DNA from: Ylistrum balloti
Lineage: Eukaryota
DNA length: 64,000 bases
Assembly: GCF_031769215.1 (NCBI RefSeq)
Contig: NW_026781942.1
Span: 3,348,001 to 3,412,000 of the forward strand
Direction of reading: 5' to 3'
This document shows positions 61,901 through 64,000 of the stretch, piece after piece (the first letter of the stretch is position 1; each line of letters begins with the position of its first letter). Made by a program: the position numbers and the translations under genes. The notes under the pieces are model-generated. The model was not told the origin of the DNA. It worked only from the letters and a program-made list of their open reading frames with translations, and did no database searches.

Positions 61901-64000
61901 TGGGAGATTCTGGAATAATACCATTGGGAATACACTGATGTTGGTACACGTGGTGGATGTGTATGGATAGGAGTACAATCTCTCTTTAAGTACTTCAACA
62001 TATTGATTTCAGATATGGTGATTAATCAGTACTTCAGAGGTATGCTGTCTACATGGGATTTCTCAGGTAAATTAACTAGGCAGAAGGTCAAGGTATTGTA
62101 AACAAATAAACAATGTATATGATATGAGGTGAAGAACTTGAAGCTTTTTACCTGCAACACATATTTACTCTACTTCTGTTTTAAAAAGATTTAAAGCTAT
62201 GGTTTGGTAATTTGTGCTCAAAGTCTTGTATATTGTGTGTTTGATAAACTTTTGAAGCTTGCACATGTAACTATTATAGGCTGTTTTGATAGCTTATAAA
62301 AGTTGTTAAGAAAATGAAATTATAGGGATTTTGTAGAAATTTGAAAACACTTTAAAAATGATTGAAAATAGAAATATTTCATTTAAAAAAGATAGAAATA
62401 TTTTCTATGAAATGGAATGTTGTGAAGTATTTCCAATTTGCTTTTTAAGCAGATTAAATTTCTTTATTCAACTTTACATATTGAATTCATAGGTAAAGAT
62501 GTCGGAAGTTGTTGTCATGGAATGCTTAAATTTGAATACTCTTAACACAGACATGAAATTCTATTTTTGGAAAGATTTTCTTCATTTATTTTGCTTGTTG
62601 GTATTTAGTTTCTTTATGGCCTAAATTAGCTGGATATATAAACAAAAAGTAAAGTTAAGACAACATGAATTTATTCTCAGTATAGCCTCTGTTTTGTGGT
62701 CTTACTCTGACAAACTGCAGTAGACCTATTGTGGGTTGTGATGTTTGGAGTACTTTGGTAAAAAATGTATTAGATTTGATCAGTATTAAGTATGTTTTTC
62801 CTCAGATCTGTTGAAGGTATCATAGCTGTCACGATGTTGAAAAGTTTTAGCAAAAATAGCTTTACAAGATCCTGCATAACTACTTTGTTGATTCTGAAAG
62901 TTATTTTTGTGCTTTTGCCAAGATGCTTGTTGGAAGGGTTTGAAATATAAGTTTCAGAATTTGTGTGTTTGTTTCATAGCTCAGGCTTAATAGAAAACAG
63001 ATGAGATTTCAAATCAGAATGGAATTTTCACCTGTATTTGATGGCTTACCTGTAATATCATATGCAAATGATGGACATTTTATTTCATTTTGATAGCTCA
63101 TTTTTGATAAGACATTGTGTTTAGCTGTTCTACAAAACATGTGCATTGTGAAAGATAGGAGTCCAGTATTAAGAGTGTATGCATACAGTATGTTATTTGT
63201 GGTTTCTTTTCTAAAAGAGTTCTTGTGAATAATGTGTACACCATTAATGTTTTACAATTTATCCAATTTATCTCATAACTTGGGTATGGTGTGTCAAATA
63301 TCATTCAATCTTTAAACATATATTCAGTTAGATGTAAACTCAGATGAAGGTCTGAAGTGCCCGGTTTGATGCTCCCTACCCTGGCTATTTTTGTTTCTCA
63401 AGAAACTTAGAAATGGTTTGGTTTGTCCTGATATGGTTGTGTCCTTGTGGAAGACACTTTCCTGTGATTGCTCTGAAAGGCATACACCAGGTTTGCTGTA
63501 TGATGTTCGGTAAAGTAGTCACAAGCTATTGTAAGGAGACACCTTGCCTAGACACCTTTCCTAACAATAACCCCATTAAGAATTAAACAAGGATGAAGAA
63601 TGAACCTGTGATCTGTACAGATGACAGGAGTTTTAACTGATAAGTTACACAAATTAGAAAACACATTTTAACTTTAATAACAATGCCAGAGTGAATTACA
63701 ATCAATTTGAGCTGCTAATTACTTTGAATGCTTTCTTATTTCAAATTTGTTTTTACCAGGATATCAGAAATTTAAGTTTTGCACATTTCATATTTTTGTG
63801 TTCAAAGGTCAAGATCAGAGCGTCAAAGGTCATATTTGAACAAATTTGAATCAGATAATGATACATCTATATACATATTTAAAGATTAAATTGTTTGCAT
63901 TGATTATTGGTATACATATAAACACATTCAAAGTTACAAATTATTGAAGTCAGCATTGTTTTTTTTCCCCAATGGTCAAAGACACAAAGAAAGGTCAAAG

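Noticed and set aside
61672-62001. 109 aa minus-strand ORF with DHKPV, reminiscent of a LINE endonuclease end
   Set aside because: A single short motif with no other APE or RT motifs nearby.

Overview
AT-rich eukaryotic (metazoan) genomic DNA. The repeat content (Meta-type tRNA-SINE, Helentron/HINE-like non-autonomous elements with ~155-170 bp cores) points to a bivalve mollusc; this is an inference. Two intron-rich genes were reconstructed exon by exon with consistent splice phases and lie head-to-head about 7 kb apart. RacGAP1/CYK-4 (minus strand) has 16 coding exons in the window, 11574->415, with its 3' end off-window. ARPC2/p34-Arc (plus strand) has 11 coding exons, 18681-25094, and is complete at 301 aa. 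A third, unrecognised spliced plus-strand gene starts at 35870. Its ORF ends after 110 aa, but the same frame continues through later exon candidates interrupted only by TGA codons. The rest of the window holds a decayed mariner transposon (33461-34461), SINEs, many HINE-like elements and a dense cluster of strongly strand-biased minisatellites at 42-59 kb, including about 6.5 kb of G-quadruplex-type arrays. The long ORFs in those arrays are repeat artefacts. No CRISPR array, rRNA, intact tRNA or prokaryotic feature is supported. I found no clearly demonstrated novel system. The best leads are the orphan gene with its TGA-only extension, the hairpin array at 15.2-15.7 kb, the donor-site-carrying repeats in RacGAP1 and the G4 arrays.
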